In this document: positions 39,620 through 53,260 of the stretch, piece by piece
Layout: each line of letters starts with the position of its first letter
How positions within the stretch are numbered: position 1 is the stretch's first letter
NCBI RefSeq assembly: GCF_033153115.1
Contig: NW_026889765.1
Coordinates: 1,054,001-1,118,000, forward strand
DNA: 64,000 nucleotides
Source: Saccostrea echinata
Taxonomy: Eukaryota
Direction of reading: 5' to 3'
Notes under the pieces: model-generated
The model's database searches: none
What the model was told of the DNA's origin: nothing
The model's input: the letters and a program-made list of their open reading frames with translations, nothing else
Translations under genes and position numbers: made by a program

Positions 39620-40310
39620 TACTTTTTTTATTTGTACATAATTTTTTTCACAGAATCAACATTATTTTGGCACATGACTTCACAAAACTTCATAGTATTT
39701 GGGTTAGAACACAATTTTTGGTTCAAAAAATCTTTCCTCAATTGATTTAAAGCACTACATTCTAAAATATAGTGATATTCATCTCCTATCTGATTACTAT
39801 CGCACAAGTCTACAAAATCTTTCATTTCTTTTGAGAACCATTCCATCTACCTGTTTCAATTGGAAGGTGGTGGTTTGTGGTTCTAAATTTAACTAAAGTT
39901 TTGTTGTTTTTTTTTTTTCTAAATTTACATGATAATAGTGTTAAATATTTTTCGCACTCAAAATTGGTTTTAAAAATTCTTTAATTTAAACTTTTTGAAG
40001 ATTCTTGAACTTCACTATTCCACTCTTGAATGCATTGATCTTTTAATCTTTGTTTAACTGTAGCAGCTATCCATTTTACATGAAAGAAATATTGCTCGTA
40101 CCATATATTTGATAAACCACATCTGTCAAAAATATTTTTTTCAAATGAAATCCAGGAGTTTGTCATTTCTCCTTTATCATATTGTTTACGTAATTACATA
40201 CATACAATTCTACACAATTTGTTTTCTTTTCCATACACAAGTTTTGTCCAATATTTTATCATTCTTGAGTATATATTTATGTATAATGGGAACCGTCCAG
40301 TACACAATAC
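39620..40310 (-). mobile_element. Degenerate 3' end of a CR1/L2-group LINE ORF2
   Basis: Broken frames encode LVKFRTTNHHLPIETGRWNG, CDSNQIGDEYHYILEC and VKQRLKDQCIQEW, typical of the C-terminal Cys/His region of these LINEs. Confidence 0.75.
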
Positions 40311-41991
40311 AGGCAAATGATAAAGATACTATATTTTGGAAACATATAAGATTTTAAGAAATTCGTGACCGAATAAAATTGAAATTAAATAACCAAAAAT
40401 GAGACATCATTAATGGCATTTAACAAATTAGTGTTTCTCTTTGTTTAGTACCTTTCAATATACATGTATATTGATAAAGCTTCTTATTTTTTTGGGAGGG
40501 GGGGGGGTTGGTTCAGGTTGATTTTCTTAGATTCAAAATTCAGTTGTTGATATATACTACGAAGCTTTGTCTCGTTGTCAACATCAGTATTTTTTCTGGT
40601 CAGTATAAAATCATATTGCCCTCAAAAGTCCATAATGTAAAAGTACATATTGACTTAAATGTTCGCTATTTTTTTTTCTGAAAGATATGCCTGGGTAATA
40701 ATTATGAAAGAAACAACAAAGAAACGAACATCAGCATTTTGCGACAATTGGTCATCATCTATCAATTAGGAACAATAAAATATATCGCCCGGTAATTATT
40801 TATCTTCCCACGAACCTATATACCTGTCTTCAGCCATTAACTTCAGTTTCTGTTTACTGTTGTGGTGCTTTACCAACATACATGCATGTTCCTTCACCTG
40901 TAACATGCCAGGCGAATTTTTTGTTTTATCCACCTTCTCTAGATCCCCGCCCTATACTTTTGAACAAATGCTATATATTTACCCCCAAAAGATAGTAAGT
41001 TTAAATACATTTTTTTGAGTTCCCCCACTTTTAATTATCATTTATCATACAAATATGTTTAAATGCATAAAGAAAATGTACTTTAAAAAAATATTTTATT
41101 GGGTTTATAATGTATAGTATATATTAACTCCAAATGATCTAATTTGAGTGCTCCTTCATTAATCATTTATTCTTTTGCAAAATTGCCCGATCTCCCATAT
41201 TGAAACTTCTGTTACCTTCTGGGACTTTAAACAACCGATAGCAATGATTACAACACGAAAGTGTAAAATTAAATTAGCGGTGATAATAAAAGTCAGTAAT
41301 ATATATTATCAGGAGGAAAACAGGTATAACAATGAGGACTTATTGGGCCAAGAAAGTCGAAGCAAACATATTTCAGGCTATTGTGGGTAGAGGGGTCAGC
41401 ATTCGCGTTCAACACTGGCCAGAGAAACCAAAACACTAATTTTCTTGGCCTGATGTTTTCCCTCGCGTCAATACCGTACAACTTGGAGGTTGTAGAAACA
41501 ATGTAGACACCCATCGACCAGTTAGATGGTTTAAGTCATTATACACCTGAAAACGTTGATTTTCGTCTACCTATAACGAAGAAGTTCTTTAAAGATTGAC
41601 AGTTTTAATTATGTGCTAATTTAAATCCAATCTGCATTGCTTAAGACATTGGATTTTCATAATTTGCTTAAAATAATATACATGTGTCTTGGACGAACGT
41701 TCTTCAGCAATGAAATGGAAGTGAAAGCGCGCAACAGTTTCTTTTTCTTCACGTCGCTTCTTCTGTTGAAATAAGGATTTCTAATACTTATCATTCCTAA
41801 GCTTGCATTGATATTCAAAATGTGAACATATATTGGTAGATTTAGTGTACAGTAAAAAGTTCTAGATCATGAATTACTGTATTTCTGCCTTTCCTACTCA
41901 GACTCGGCGAACGTCCATACCACTCTCCAGGGATTCGACGAAACGGAGAAAGCAATGTGTCAACCATGGACGGTATAAATCTACCCGGCTC

Positions 41992-42717
41992 ATGACACCG
42001 CACTCAGATGAAAGTGAAGAAGAAACCAATAATTGCGTCAACTGTGATGCGCAAAGGTCTACAAATAACAAACACAGCCGTCAGGTAGAAAACACAAACA
42101 GAAAGAGTTCAGATGGCAATATGGCGTTCCCTGCCCTCTCTGTGATGGGTGGCGGGGGACAGGTTGTCAGATCCCGAAGTAAAGTCAGCATCAATGAACC
42201 CGATGACGAACAACGAAGCCCGTACCGAAACAGCATCAACTTAAAAAACAAGGAAACGGTCATTCTCAATGTTGGTGGACAAATTTTCGAAACATATAAA
42301 CAAACACTTAGCAGATTAAAATCATGTAAGCTGGCCAGTGAATCAGAACTTCGAAGATATTATCGTGAAAGCAAGGACGACTACTTTTTCGACAGGGATC
42401 CGCAGTTATTCAGTGTTGTGTTGAATTATTTACGGACAAATGAACTTCATCTGCCAACGTATCTTTGTGGCCCAGCAGTCCAGAGGGAATTTGACTACTG
42501 GGGGATCGAGGAAGAGGACATAGAACGATGCTGTTGGCAGCCCTACAACACGTGGAAAACTCAAAACAAGTCTTTGGAGAAGTTGGAGTACGATCGAAAA
42601 AGATCCATGACTCAGCAGCATTTAGAGAAAGACAGGAACAGCCCACATTTCTGGACCCGATGTAAAGCTGTAGTGTGGAACTTCCTTCAAAACCCAAATA
42701 CCTCACTAGGTGCTAAG
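41992..42717 (+). CDS. Kv3/Shaw-like voltage-gated K+ channel, coding exon 1 (T1/BTB tetramerisation domain)
   Basis: VILNVGGQIFETY…YFFDRDPQLFSVVLNYLRTNELHLPTYLCGP…YWGIEEEDIERCCW. Acceptor at 41901, donor AAG|GTAAGT at 42717/42718 (phase 0). Start codon is uncertain (41992 or 42121). Confidence 0.92.
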
Positions 42718-43823
42718 GTAAGTCACTTGGTTAATTTCTTTCATTTGTACATTAAGGCAATATACAGGGTGTTTTTGCATAACTGTTGTACTGGAGAAAC
42801 GCATGAAAAACTACCCCAGTCCCCCACGCTTTCCAACCTATACTATCTTCTGTTAGTGTAGCAGCGCTGGTAATTATGGTACTTTAGAACTACTCTATAT
42901 GTGGTTGGGAGAGTAGAAGCAAAGAAGCTTAATTTACTGTTCTATAGAAGAGTCAGTCCCTTTTCAATTTTTTTGGCTGCTTTTTTTGTGGCAAAATATT
43001 TGATTATTGCGTCCTTGATATAAGTAATGAAGAGTATTTTGGATTAAACAATATATTTGCCTTGTGTTGTCAAATGATATACTCTAGTCTAATAGTCAGT
43101 AAACATTGATTAAGTATCTAATAGTGTATACATCTAGTAATTTAGTGCATTTAAGTCAGCTACACTCTGTGAAATCGTTAACATTCTTCACTAAAATTCT
43201 GTTGATTTTCAAGCGATTGATTGCTTGACCAGTTATTATTTGTATGCATTTACATACAACTCAATGGAAAAACAAAAGCAAACAAAAAGAAAACAAAAAT
43301 AACTAGCAGCTATAGGTGTCATTCCAATTACTTCATTGGTCAATATGCAGAGAATATTGTCACTTTTTTTTCCGTTCATAGTAACATCTTCGCAAGTGAT
43401 GGTCCTAATCTGCGTTGCATCATCAAATAACTAGACCTCTAGAAAATAACGATACTATGGTGTGTGGTCCATTGTTATATTTTTATACAGTTTTGACATT
43501 AAAAGCAGATGGCTTTCTTTGATTAATCCACCCTTTGTTTCCAGACTCGAAAAAACAAAAGAAAATTAAGAAAAACAAAAACAAAAACCGTAAATGGCAA
43601 TATATATGGAGTGAAAAAATCTTATTTAATGTTTTAAAAATCATTTTAAATTTTAAAATCATTGTAACAAGTGTAAAAATTGCTTCAAATTCAATATCTT
43701 TTTGAAAATGCTGTTACTTTTGTAGATACAATGTAAATTTAGAGTACAGTGTACATGCATTGAATTTATTGGTTGATGTGACTGTACTGTATACTTTTAG
43801 GGATATAGTATTCTGCTCACTGC

Positions 43824-43828
<5 letters not shown>

Positions 43829-43903
<75 letters not shown>
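43829..43903. repeat. (AT)n microsatellite
   Basis: Pure dinucleotide run in the Kv intron. Confidence 0.95.
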
Positions 43904-43905
<2 letters not shown>

Positions 43906-45932
43906 AAATGAATACGTTTAAAGCCAATGATAAACAAGAAAAATTAACCAAAATCAATCCATGAAGCATTTATATATGTATGTATATGTATAAATAAAAG
44001 ATATCTCCGAAAACATGACTGACGTGTCCATCAAAAAATAACATTTATCAGGTGATAATGGCCACAAACTCAAGGTTTACATAAATATATTGTTATTACA
44101 TTGATTTTTCCTGTGAAGTGAGAAAAAATATACCTTAATTTTCCTGAGATGTACACACTAATTAGCAGTGCACGTTATATAAATAGATGTTTGGCTCTCA
44201 AGCATCGCTGGAACTGCTGATATCTTTGTTAGAGTCTTTGTATCGATAAGCTAAATGTAAATCAAAGGACTAATTATAGACTGTTCAGCTTTGTTTCGTA
44301 GTATATCATCGCTATTTTGTAAGGTAGGACAAAACAGGGGAATTAGCACTTTTGAAAATAACCTGAATATCATATACCGGTATATGGGGTTGAGGAGATA
44401 GGTTTTTTTGTTTTTGTCTGTTTTTTTTCTTTTTCTTTTGCTTTTTTTTTTTTTTGTGTTTTTTGATGCGAAAGCGCGAAAATAGCAATAAACGAAACAG
44501 AATCATACAGTACAAGTTTAAAACATGTCACTGGTTCTGAAACTTGATGGAACTTGATTAATGACTTATAGCAAAGATAGAGATTCAAGGTCGCATGTTA
44601 TTAAGTTATGCGGGATTTGAACAAAGTAAATGCACCAAAATATCCCTGACATATTATCATTTGGACATAATAAGGTTATAGTCACTGTGGTTTTATCTAC
44701 TAAATTTCAAAACACACTTATTATCAAACAGAGTTAAATGTAAAGGAAAAATTATTCTATTATTAAATACATGTATAAATGCTGAAAACCTAGTAATAAA
44801 TATGTATTACATTACATGTTCACATGCATGCATATAGAGGTGAGGACATTGATTTTTTATTAATGCGAAAGCGCAAAATTAGCATGAACAAAACCGAGAC
44901 TGCGAATACACTACATACTGTATCTATTTATGATAATTATGTTAAAATTTGATTGAAACGTGATAAATTAATAAAGATGGTTGGCTGAAATAGATTCAAG
45001 GTCGGACGAAGTATTGCTGATATTAAAAAAAAAACATCTAGGTCATGTGTGATTTGAACTTATAGTAAATGGACCAAAATATTCATAATGCAGCACTGCA
45101 CAAAATGATTTGATGAATAAAATCACAGTTGGTCAAACTGATATCAAAACACCTGAAACAAATACATGTATAATAAAATAGAGTTAAATGTATTTCACTG
45201 TAATATGAAAACACGAAAATAATTCGAATATTATCTGCATGTGTAATTGCTGAAAACTTAGTTATATGTATTATTAATTACATTATTATTAATATTACAA
45301 TGTATTTTTACAGGTTCAAAACCTTTTATACTTATTGTAAGCCTGCAAATATCATATTTTTGTGGATTTTTAAATATAAAATTGTTTGGTTCATATATAA
45401 CACCCCCCCCCCCCCAAAAAAAACAAAAACAAGATAACATTCTAGCTGTCCTGTTTTAATTTTCGTAATGACCCCTACGGAGTCAGAACATGACATGATC
45501 AAGATTATCCCCAACATCCGTCTACCCCCTAAATGTTATTAGGGCCACGTGTAGGATGTATACAGAAATAAGTCATGATATACGATATAGCAGTGGTATG
45601 TCTTGTATCCTCAGTAATGCCGGAAATTTTAAAGAATTCTCAATCAAAGATCTTATTCTCAATGAAGGTATTTAATAAATTAGGACAGTTTTCGAAAAGG
45701 GCAACCCAGAAGATTAGTAATGAAATGTGCTGAAGTTGCAATAAACTAGAATATACATGTATATGTATAGTATTAGGTCAGAACTATACACATTTTAAGT
45801 AATTAACACCTATAGCCGATAAACTAGGAAATGCGGCTTCTCATATATTTTCACCTCCAACAATAGGAATACAGTGCATACGAAAATGGGGAGGGGTAAA
45901 CCGTATTATTTACTAAATGCATTGATTAAAAA

Positions 45933-46020
45933 CATCTTCGCCGGCCAAGAGTGACGATCCGCTCCTCTCCTCTGTGAAAAGAGGAGAGGAGCGGATCGTC
46001 ACCCTTGGCTAGCGAATATG
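45933..46020. repeat. 88-bp GC-rich hairpin, probably a mini-MITE
   Basis: ~41-bp arms CATCTTCGCCGGCCAAGAGTGACGATCCGCTCCTCTCCTCT with its near reverse complement, around a GTGAAA loop. Confidence 0.8.
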
Positions 46021-47300
46021 TGATAAAAAGGGATCATCAATGATTGAAACTATTTCATGTACATGTATATTAATATGGCGAAATATCCCTCCAATTTGAT
46101 AATTAAATGACACTTGAGATTCACAATTTATCTATTGCAATAAAGATGTGGTAAAATCGGCATGAAAAAAGTGCATTTTAAGATTAAATTTTATATTAAA
46201 TTTATATCTTTTATAGTATCTAATGTATTTCTGAGATTCTGAATTTGGATCCCATCTATTTGAAATGTAGTAGCTTTGTTGCTTCTACGAGGGGGGTGGG
46301 GGGGGGGGTGTAGGGGAGAACTTGAATATACACTACATGGAAATACATGCATATTAGTACTATTAACTTAAGCCCTTCTGTTCTTGAGAATATTTTATCC
46401 ATGGATTTGAATAGACTTGATTGTACACTAAATGGGGAGACTTCCAACTGGTTCTCCTATATTTGAAAAGAGTTTTAGAATGTTTTTTTTTCCTTAGTTT
46501 AAATTCTCATGTTAAACTTTTATTCATTATTGTGGCCCGAGTATGATTTGAACAAACTAAAATGTACACGATAGGTTGATTCTAAGATACATCTATCAAT
46601 ATAACTAATTAAACCTCTAGCTTAGATTAGCAAAAATTAAAAATTAATTTACTAAGCTTCGATAGAATTGAAATTGACGCCAGATAAGAATGTATATTGA
46701 AATGAAATATTATATTTGCGATAATTATAAGTGACAAACATAATAAAAGAACTGAAGGTGGGGAAGGGGGTCTAATGAGATTAAGTAAACGTAGAACTAA
46801 AAAAAAAAAATAAGAAAAAAAAACAAACAAACAAACAAACAAGAAAAAAAAAAGATCGAAAAATTTCCCGAAAAAAATAAGACAATCAGATTAGATCTTC
46901 GCGTAGGAAGTAAATAGGCCTTATAATTTAACTTCCATTGTTAAATTGGAAAAAAAAGACGCACCCGATAATATAAAAATAGGACATGTTTTTAAAGTAT
47001 GTAGAGATCAAATATCAGTTATATTGAATAATCACGAACTGTTACTACATCGAAGACGACAAGTACCTTGTCATAAATACTGAGAAGAATTGATTTCCTG
47101 AAACAAGAGACCGTGAGAAAAGGGTTTTTTTCCCCACACAGAAATTTTAAGCCTTTTTGCGATTTTTAATCATTTGATTTGAATGTATATTTCTAAGTTC
47201 ACTGTACATGTTTTCGTTTAAACAAAACAAAAACAAACAAACGAACAAACAAACAAAAAAATATGAATTTATAAAAAGAAAATGTATTTCTTTTAGTTAC

Positions 47301-47333
<33 letters not shown>

Positions 47334-48403
47334 TTGTAAATTTTTGAAATGTTCCCCAGATAACTTAAGTTATCTAGTCATGACTTATATCAATCACTTT
47401 AACGTTCAGCTATAAAGATTCAAAAGGATTTTTGACGTTCCATTATGAATTTGTCGTAATCGTTCAGTAATCTTTTTAATTATTTTTCACAATGTATTAT
47501 TTTTGAGTCAGACCTTAACTTGTCTATATATGTTGCAATCTGGATCTACGAATTCAAGTTGCAAACTTTTCGCCATTGTTGGTGATGATCTAATTTCTAC
47601 CCAAAACCTACTTCAATACTTGTCTCAATACAGTATTTTATTTTGATCTGAACACTTTCTTGATATTTACTACAAGGTGTACTAGAAATTTCGGCCCTTA
47701 CATTATTCACCCTCCAGATCTCAATTGATTCACTTTACAAACACCAGCTGCTAGGTGTACGTTAAATACTGTTTTTCCTTTTCATTCATAATTGACGTAT
47801 GTATGTATATATATACAGTTGATTAATAACAGCCTTAGTTTTTATTTCGCAAACAGACTGTCCTTTTAGCTTTAATAAATTCGTTGCTATGAGACAACGT
47901 TTCTAAGATAAGATTAAACATCGGCAATTTTGATCAAACAAGATCTCGTTTCCTATAATACCCACAAAACATCGAGCAATATGAAATCAGTGCACCACAC
48001 CCTATTCAATCTGCGGAGTCATAATATCGGATTATATGATTATTTCTATAGACAAAAATAGTTTGCCTACAAAGAGAAGAAGATCATATATCATATTCAT
48101 AGTCTGTGAAAAAAGTCAATCACTGACTATCATGGTACTAAAATACATATTTATTGTTTTTTTCTATATATATAATTCAAAAGTACTTAAAAGATGATGT
48201 CACACAGCAAAAATAATCATAAAAGAAAAAAGAAAATGCACAGTTTTCAAATTTCATTCAAAATTTCTGGATTTCATAATCCGTCTTCAGGTGTACAGAA
48301 TTTGAACTTTTGAGTTCAAATTATGTACTCCTGAAGACGGATTATGAAATCCAGAAAGCGCTTGTGTTGAATGAAATTTGGAAACTGTGCATTTTCTTTT
48401 ATG

Positions 48404-48407
<4 letters not shown>

Positions 48408-48487
<80 letters not shown>
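48408..48487. repeat. (AT)n microsatellite
   Basis: Pure dinucleotide run; explains the spurious IYIYIY ORFs. Confidence 0.95.
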
Positions 48488-48490
<3 letters not shown>

Positions 48491-48650
48491 TTGAGATTAT
48501 CAAAAACATCTGTCTGACGTTTTGCAAAGATTATATAGTTTTTTGGTGCCAAAAACTGGTACATGTGTGTTTTTCTAGCGCATTCTGAATAGCATCCTGC
48601 AATTATTAGAATTTGTATAAATGATTTAAAATCATTTATTATCTTTTCAG

Positions 48651-49682
48651 ATATATGCGTGGATTTCCATCATTTTTGTCTTCCTTTCTATTTTCTCATT
48701 CTGCGCGGAAACGCATCCATTATTTCGGATTTCAAAACATACAGATTTCCTCAAGGACTATGAAACTCTATACGATCTCTTCACATTTTCCAACATTCAC
48801 GAAGCCCGAAACCACACGGTCATCCAATCGAACACAACCACCGCCGATCCCGTGGTTCCGAAAAATGACACAGTAGTTCATCCGGCGCTCATTATCATGG
48901 ACCTTGTTTGTGTGTCGTTTTTTACGGTGGAATTTTTAACCCGATTCATTTTTTGTCCCCGGAAGTGCCAATTTATTACCGCCTTACAAAACATAATCGA
49001 TTTCGTTGCTATACTTCCAGATTATATCGAATTTTTCTTAAAGCTTTCCAATCCACAAGGAAATGACTGGCCTTTCATGGACTTCATTTTTATTTTACGC
49101 ATGTTAAGGTTATGTCGTATATTTAGACTCATCCGCCATGTTCCTGGACTATGGATATTACTTTATACTCTAAAGGCTAGTTTTAATGAACTCCTCCTTA
49201 TGTTTGTCTTTCTCCTGATTGGGATGGTCATCTTTGCCTCCTTGATACATTTTGCGGAACCGGACAGTGGCTACGACAACATTCCAATAGGTTTCTGGTG
49301 GAGTGTCATTACTATGACAACTGTGGGTTACGGTGATATGAACCCTGCAACAGCTCCTGGCTACGTCATCGGAAGTCTCTGCGCAATATCCGGTTTATTG
49401 ATGATCGCTTTCACTGTCCCAATTATTGTTAGTAACTTTGTTCTGTACTACACTCATGTCCAGTACGGTTGTATTCGCCATGGACGAGATAAATCTAAGT
49501 TACTGGACATCACGAGCGATGAGGAGGAAGAAGATGAAAAAGACGAAAGTTTGAAGGACATTTGCTGTCAGGTGGATGAGGTGAAGCAGACGAAAGAGGA
49601 TGAAAAGGAAGATAAACAGTCTGAATTAACTGAGAATGGTCATTCTCGAGGAACAGATGGCAACTGCAATAACCTTGGATGA
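48651..49682 (+). CDS. Kv3/Shaw-like channel, final coding exon (S1-S6, pore, acidic C-terminal tail)
   Basis: Acceptor tcttttcag ends at 48650, in frame IYAWISIIFVFLSIFSFCAETHP…. S4 LRMLRLCRIFRLIRH, pore WWSVITMTTVGYGDM, stop TGA ends at 49682. Confidence 0.95.
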   Translation: MYAWISIIFVFLSIFSFCAETHPLFRISKHTDFLKDYETLYDLFTFSNIHEARNHTVIQSNTTTADPVVPKNDTVVHPALIIMDLVCVSFFTVEFLTRFIFCPRKCQFITALQNIIDFVAILPDYIEFFLKLSNPQGNDWPFMDFIFILRMLRLCRIFRLIRHVPGLWILLYTLKASFNELLLMFVFLLIGMVIFASLIHFAEPDSGYDNIPIGFWWSVITMTTVGYGDMNPATAPGYVIGSLCAISGLLMIAFTVPIIVSNFVLYYTHVQYGCIRHGRDKSKLLDITSDEEEEDEKDESLKDICCQVDEVKQTKEDEKEDKQSELTENGHSRGTDGNCNNLG

Positions 49683-50819
49683 AATGTATAAATACCATGA
49701 TTATGATTTAGTTTGATCAACTTACCTTTTCAATTGTCTGTTCAATTGTTAATAGACCTTCTACATGCAATGTATTGTCATATTTTGAACGTTTATCTGT
49801 AACGTAGTTTTAAATAAGTTTTGCATTTATATTAGATTCAGGAAATTTTTCCATGAGAATTGAGCACATTTCAAATTGAATGATAGAAACAACTTCTTTA
49901 TTTTAAAATTATAAGTCATGGTTCATGTATACTCATGTTCACATTCCCAATATACACAGATTTAACATCCACTCCCGCTCTTCCGTGTACAGTGGGGACG
50001 GATTCAAAATCTATGGCTTTTATTATGATGGCACTTTTCTTGAAAAAGTTATACATTTCTTGATTTCGCGTCAGATAGTGTAAAATTCTTTTTATATCAC
50101 ATATTTGACACATTGTTTCATTTAAATCATTCCAAGTGTCTACATTCATACAACAATGTTTCCTATTTTCATTTTTATGCATATTTTACTCTACCTTCAG
50201 GGGCATTATGAAATAAAGCAGGTTTTAGAGCGATATTAAAGATGCAGTATTGTATCTTACTAAGAAATACTATCTTTGATGATAATTAAGGTATCGATAT
50301 ATCCCTTAAATAATATCGATTGGTCGATATATCAAATTATATAGAATATAAGTCACATATCTTTTAATTCAAGAAAAAAAAAATAAAACAGACCTTTGAG
50401 AAAATTTTGTAATATCTGGTCTGACTCCAATATTAGAAATGAGTCTATAGCTTTAATAGTGTGGCTAGACGGACATTTTCAGTCCGTGTGATCTCCGGAC
50501 TAATGATGCATTTTGCAAAATAAATCCGCATCTGCATGATCTTTGAAAATTTACATGTATTTAATAATTTTAAATCCATATAATAATGCATCGATACTCA
50601 AAAAGAAAAAAAATCGATATTGTATCATTTACAGTGTATATATCAATATCTATACTTATAAGGTATTGATGGCATTGAAAATATCTGCAATAAATGTTAT
50701 ATACTGTAGTTGTAGGAAAGTTTTGAAAATAAAATATATAGTTACATGTAGTTGCAGAAAATTAGGGGGGAAATTGGAGACATTTCGTCCTTGTTCTTTA
50801 AGTTGGAAGCGTATTATAT

Positions 50820-50948
50820 AAGGCAGAGTGCTTGGCTGGATGACCGATTTTATTGAACGTATTATGAAAATATTTCCCACTCATTTCCGCCGAAATATGG
50901 CTTAAAGATTGCCGACTCGGCGTTAAACAATATGTAATCAATCAATCA
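50820..50948 (+). mobile_element. Probable 3' part of a second SINE family
   Basis: …CCGCCGAAATATGGCTTAAAGATTGCCGACTCGGCGTTAAACAA followed by a (AATC)n tail. Confidence 0.4.
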
Positions 50949-53106
50949 TACAAAAACCCAAAACACTATAGTTATAAAGAGACGTGTAATGCTGCTTCTT
51001 TTGCATAGTTATTTATATTTTATAGAATGATTTATTTTTATATCTCCGAACAGTGTAATTTTTATGCCCTTATAAAATTTGGACAAAGCTATTAAACATT
51101 TAAATCAAATAAAAATTGTAAATATGTGGTATGATAGGGGCATTTGATTCACAAACATCTGAAATAAACTCGCATATAAAGCGAAAAAACCTTGCTAATT
51201 AATAACTTTTCGAAAAATATATTTTGGTGTGTATTCTAATTTACAACTTGAAATGGTGGGACTTTCCGAAAAATATGTTTTGATGTTTATCTGGCAACAT
51301 GATAAGTGATAATAAGGTGCGAGATTTGTCTGTAACAAAAAACATATTTTGTAATTTCACAAACAGCACATGTTTAAAGTTTGTAATAAAGTGAAGTTCC
51401 GCACAAGGACGAAAGGTAAATATCACATTTAACTAAATATGGTATATTTATGTAACTTTTTAGTGTAAGTTATATGAATATATACGAAGAAAGAAAATTT
51501 CGTACTTATATGCATTTTGGGGGGGGGGGCGTAGAATTTTCGTACTGTATTTAAAAAAATACATGTATACGTTATATGTTTGAACTTTTTTTCTATATGG
51601 AAATATTGTGAATGTTGCAGATTGACATCCCACAACCTAAAAAAATGTGTGACTTGTATTTAGTAAAGATGCAACGACTGTATTTTGTTAGAATATAGAA
51701 ATTCCAAAATAAGGACACAAAGAGAGAGTCCATCTATGTTGTTTGATACCTGTTTTTCTTGCTATTATTATTATTTTTTTACGTTTTTCTTATCCTTGTT
51801 GAATCTCTTGGACTGAAATGTCACAACTACATAAGATGGATCTGATTTTCACTTTGTTGCCACAGATAGGGCCTCTTTTCAATACGTTGTTATATTTTTG
51901 CCTGCGTGCATTGCCCCCCCCCCCCCCCCAATCCTACAACGAATTATCGAGTTAAAAATTACGATTATTTGTTACTGTTATTAAACAGATGATTCTTCAA
52001 TTACAACAATAAACTATTCCGTCGATTTTTTTTTTTTTTTTTTTTTTTTTGAATTCTATGAATTCTTATTTTATCAATATTGCATATTTACGATTTTCTT
52101 GAATATTGTTTGACCTCTATTCAATATGTTGTTTTGATCATTCGAATTGTTGTCTACTCACTATACGATAAACCACACTCACCCAACGGTCTTTCTTGCA
52201 ATGTTGGAGGTTACACAAGTAATAAATATATTATCACTGCATTTCTGTTTTTGTTTTAGTTCGACTCGTACGAAACCAACCAAGGGCATACAAATTTCAA
52301 TACAATGCTTATGAATCCTAACGCTTACCTGAGTGGTTCTTGAAAATACGAGGAATTTTTTAATAGGTCAAAATTTTCTTTTTAACAATTTTTAATTTAA
52401 AAGGTAGATTTCAATGACTTGAAATCGATCTAAAATTTTGCATGCAGGTAAAGCTTAGCAATTACACGTACCTAATTTGAAATTAATTACATTTTAAAAA
52501 ACTTTTAGTTCAACATTGATCATTTACTTCTTCAATGGACAAAAGAAAATTTGGTAAGTGAACAATATTTTTAGAAATATCAAAACAATGTCACTCTTCA
52601 AATTCTTCAAGGGCATACCGTATACATGTAGATTCCTTGGAACATTTCTACCCATAGCTTGGACTTTCAGTTGTTACTGACCGTTCGGTGTGACGTAAAT
52701 ATAAGCATGTCACCGCCTACTGAAGGTCCTAAGTATCGATAGATTTGTAATATTTTACGCGAAATGACTCGTACATACCTAACCGCGAGAACTTTGCAAA
52801 ATGAAAGGCGAAGATATTACAGTGACAGGTATGAAATCCACCCAAGGCATCTGTCTCAGCAGTATGTAAAGAAGGAAAACACATTTTAATAAACACTTTT
52901 AGGTGATAATCATTTAATTCATTCCATATATAAAGAAATGGAATTTTTACGACATGAAAAGCTGTTTCATTTGACGCTCACAAATTCTTCATACATTTTC
53001 AGACAATGTTAATTGTGAAATTGGAAGACAATGCGAATATAATGAGATGTTTTGATACGTGACTTAAATTCGATACTTTCAGGTGATAAATATGTTCGCA
53101 TTTCAT

Positions 53107-53116
53107 TTTTAGCTCC

Positions 53117-53147
<31 letters not shown>

Positions 53148-53205
53148 GTCACTTTTTGTCCGGCGTCCGTCTGTCTGTCTGTCCGTCTGTCTGTAAACTT
53201 TTAAA

Positions 53206-53260
<55 letters not shown>

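Noticed and set aside
42718-42861. C-terminal extension of the 330-aa ORF (VSHLVNFF…)
   Set aside because: This is read-through into the intron past a canonical GTAAGT donor; the channel continues at 48651.
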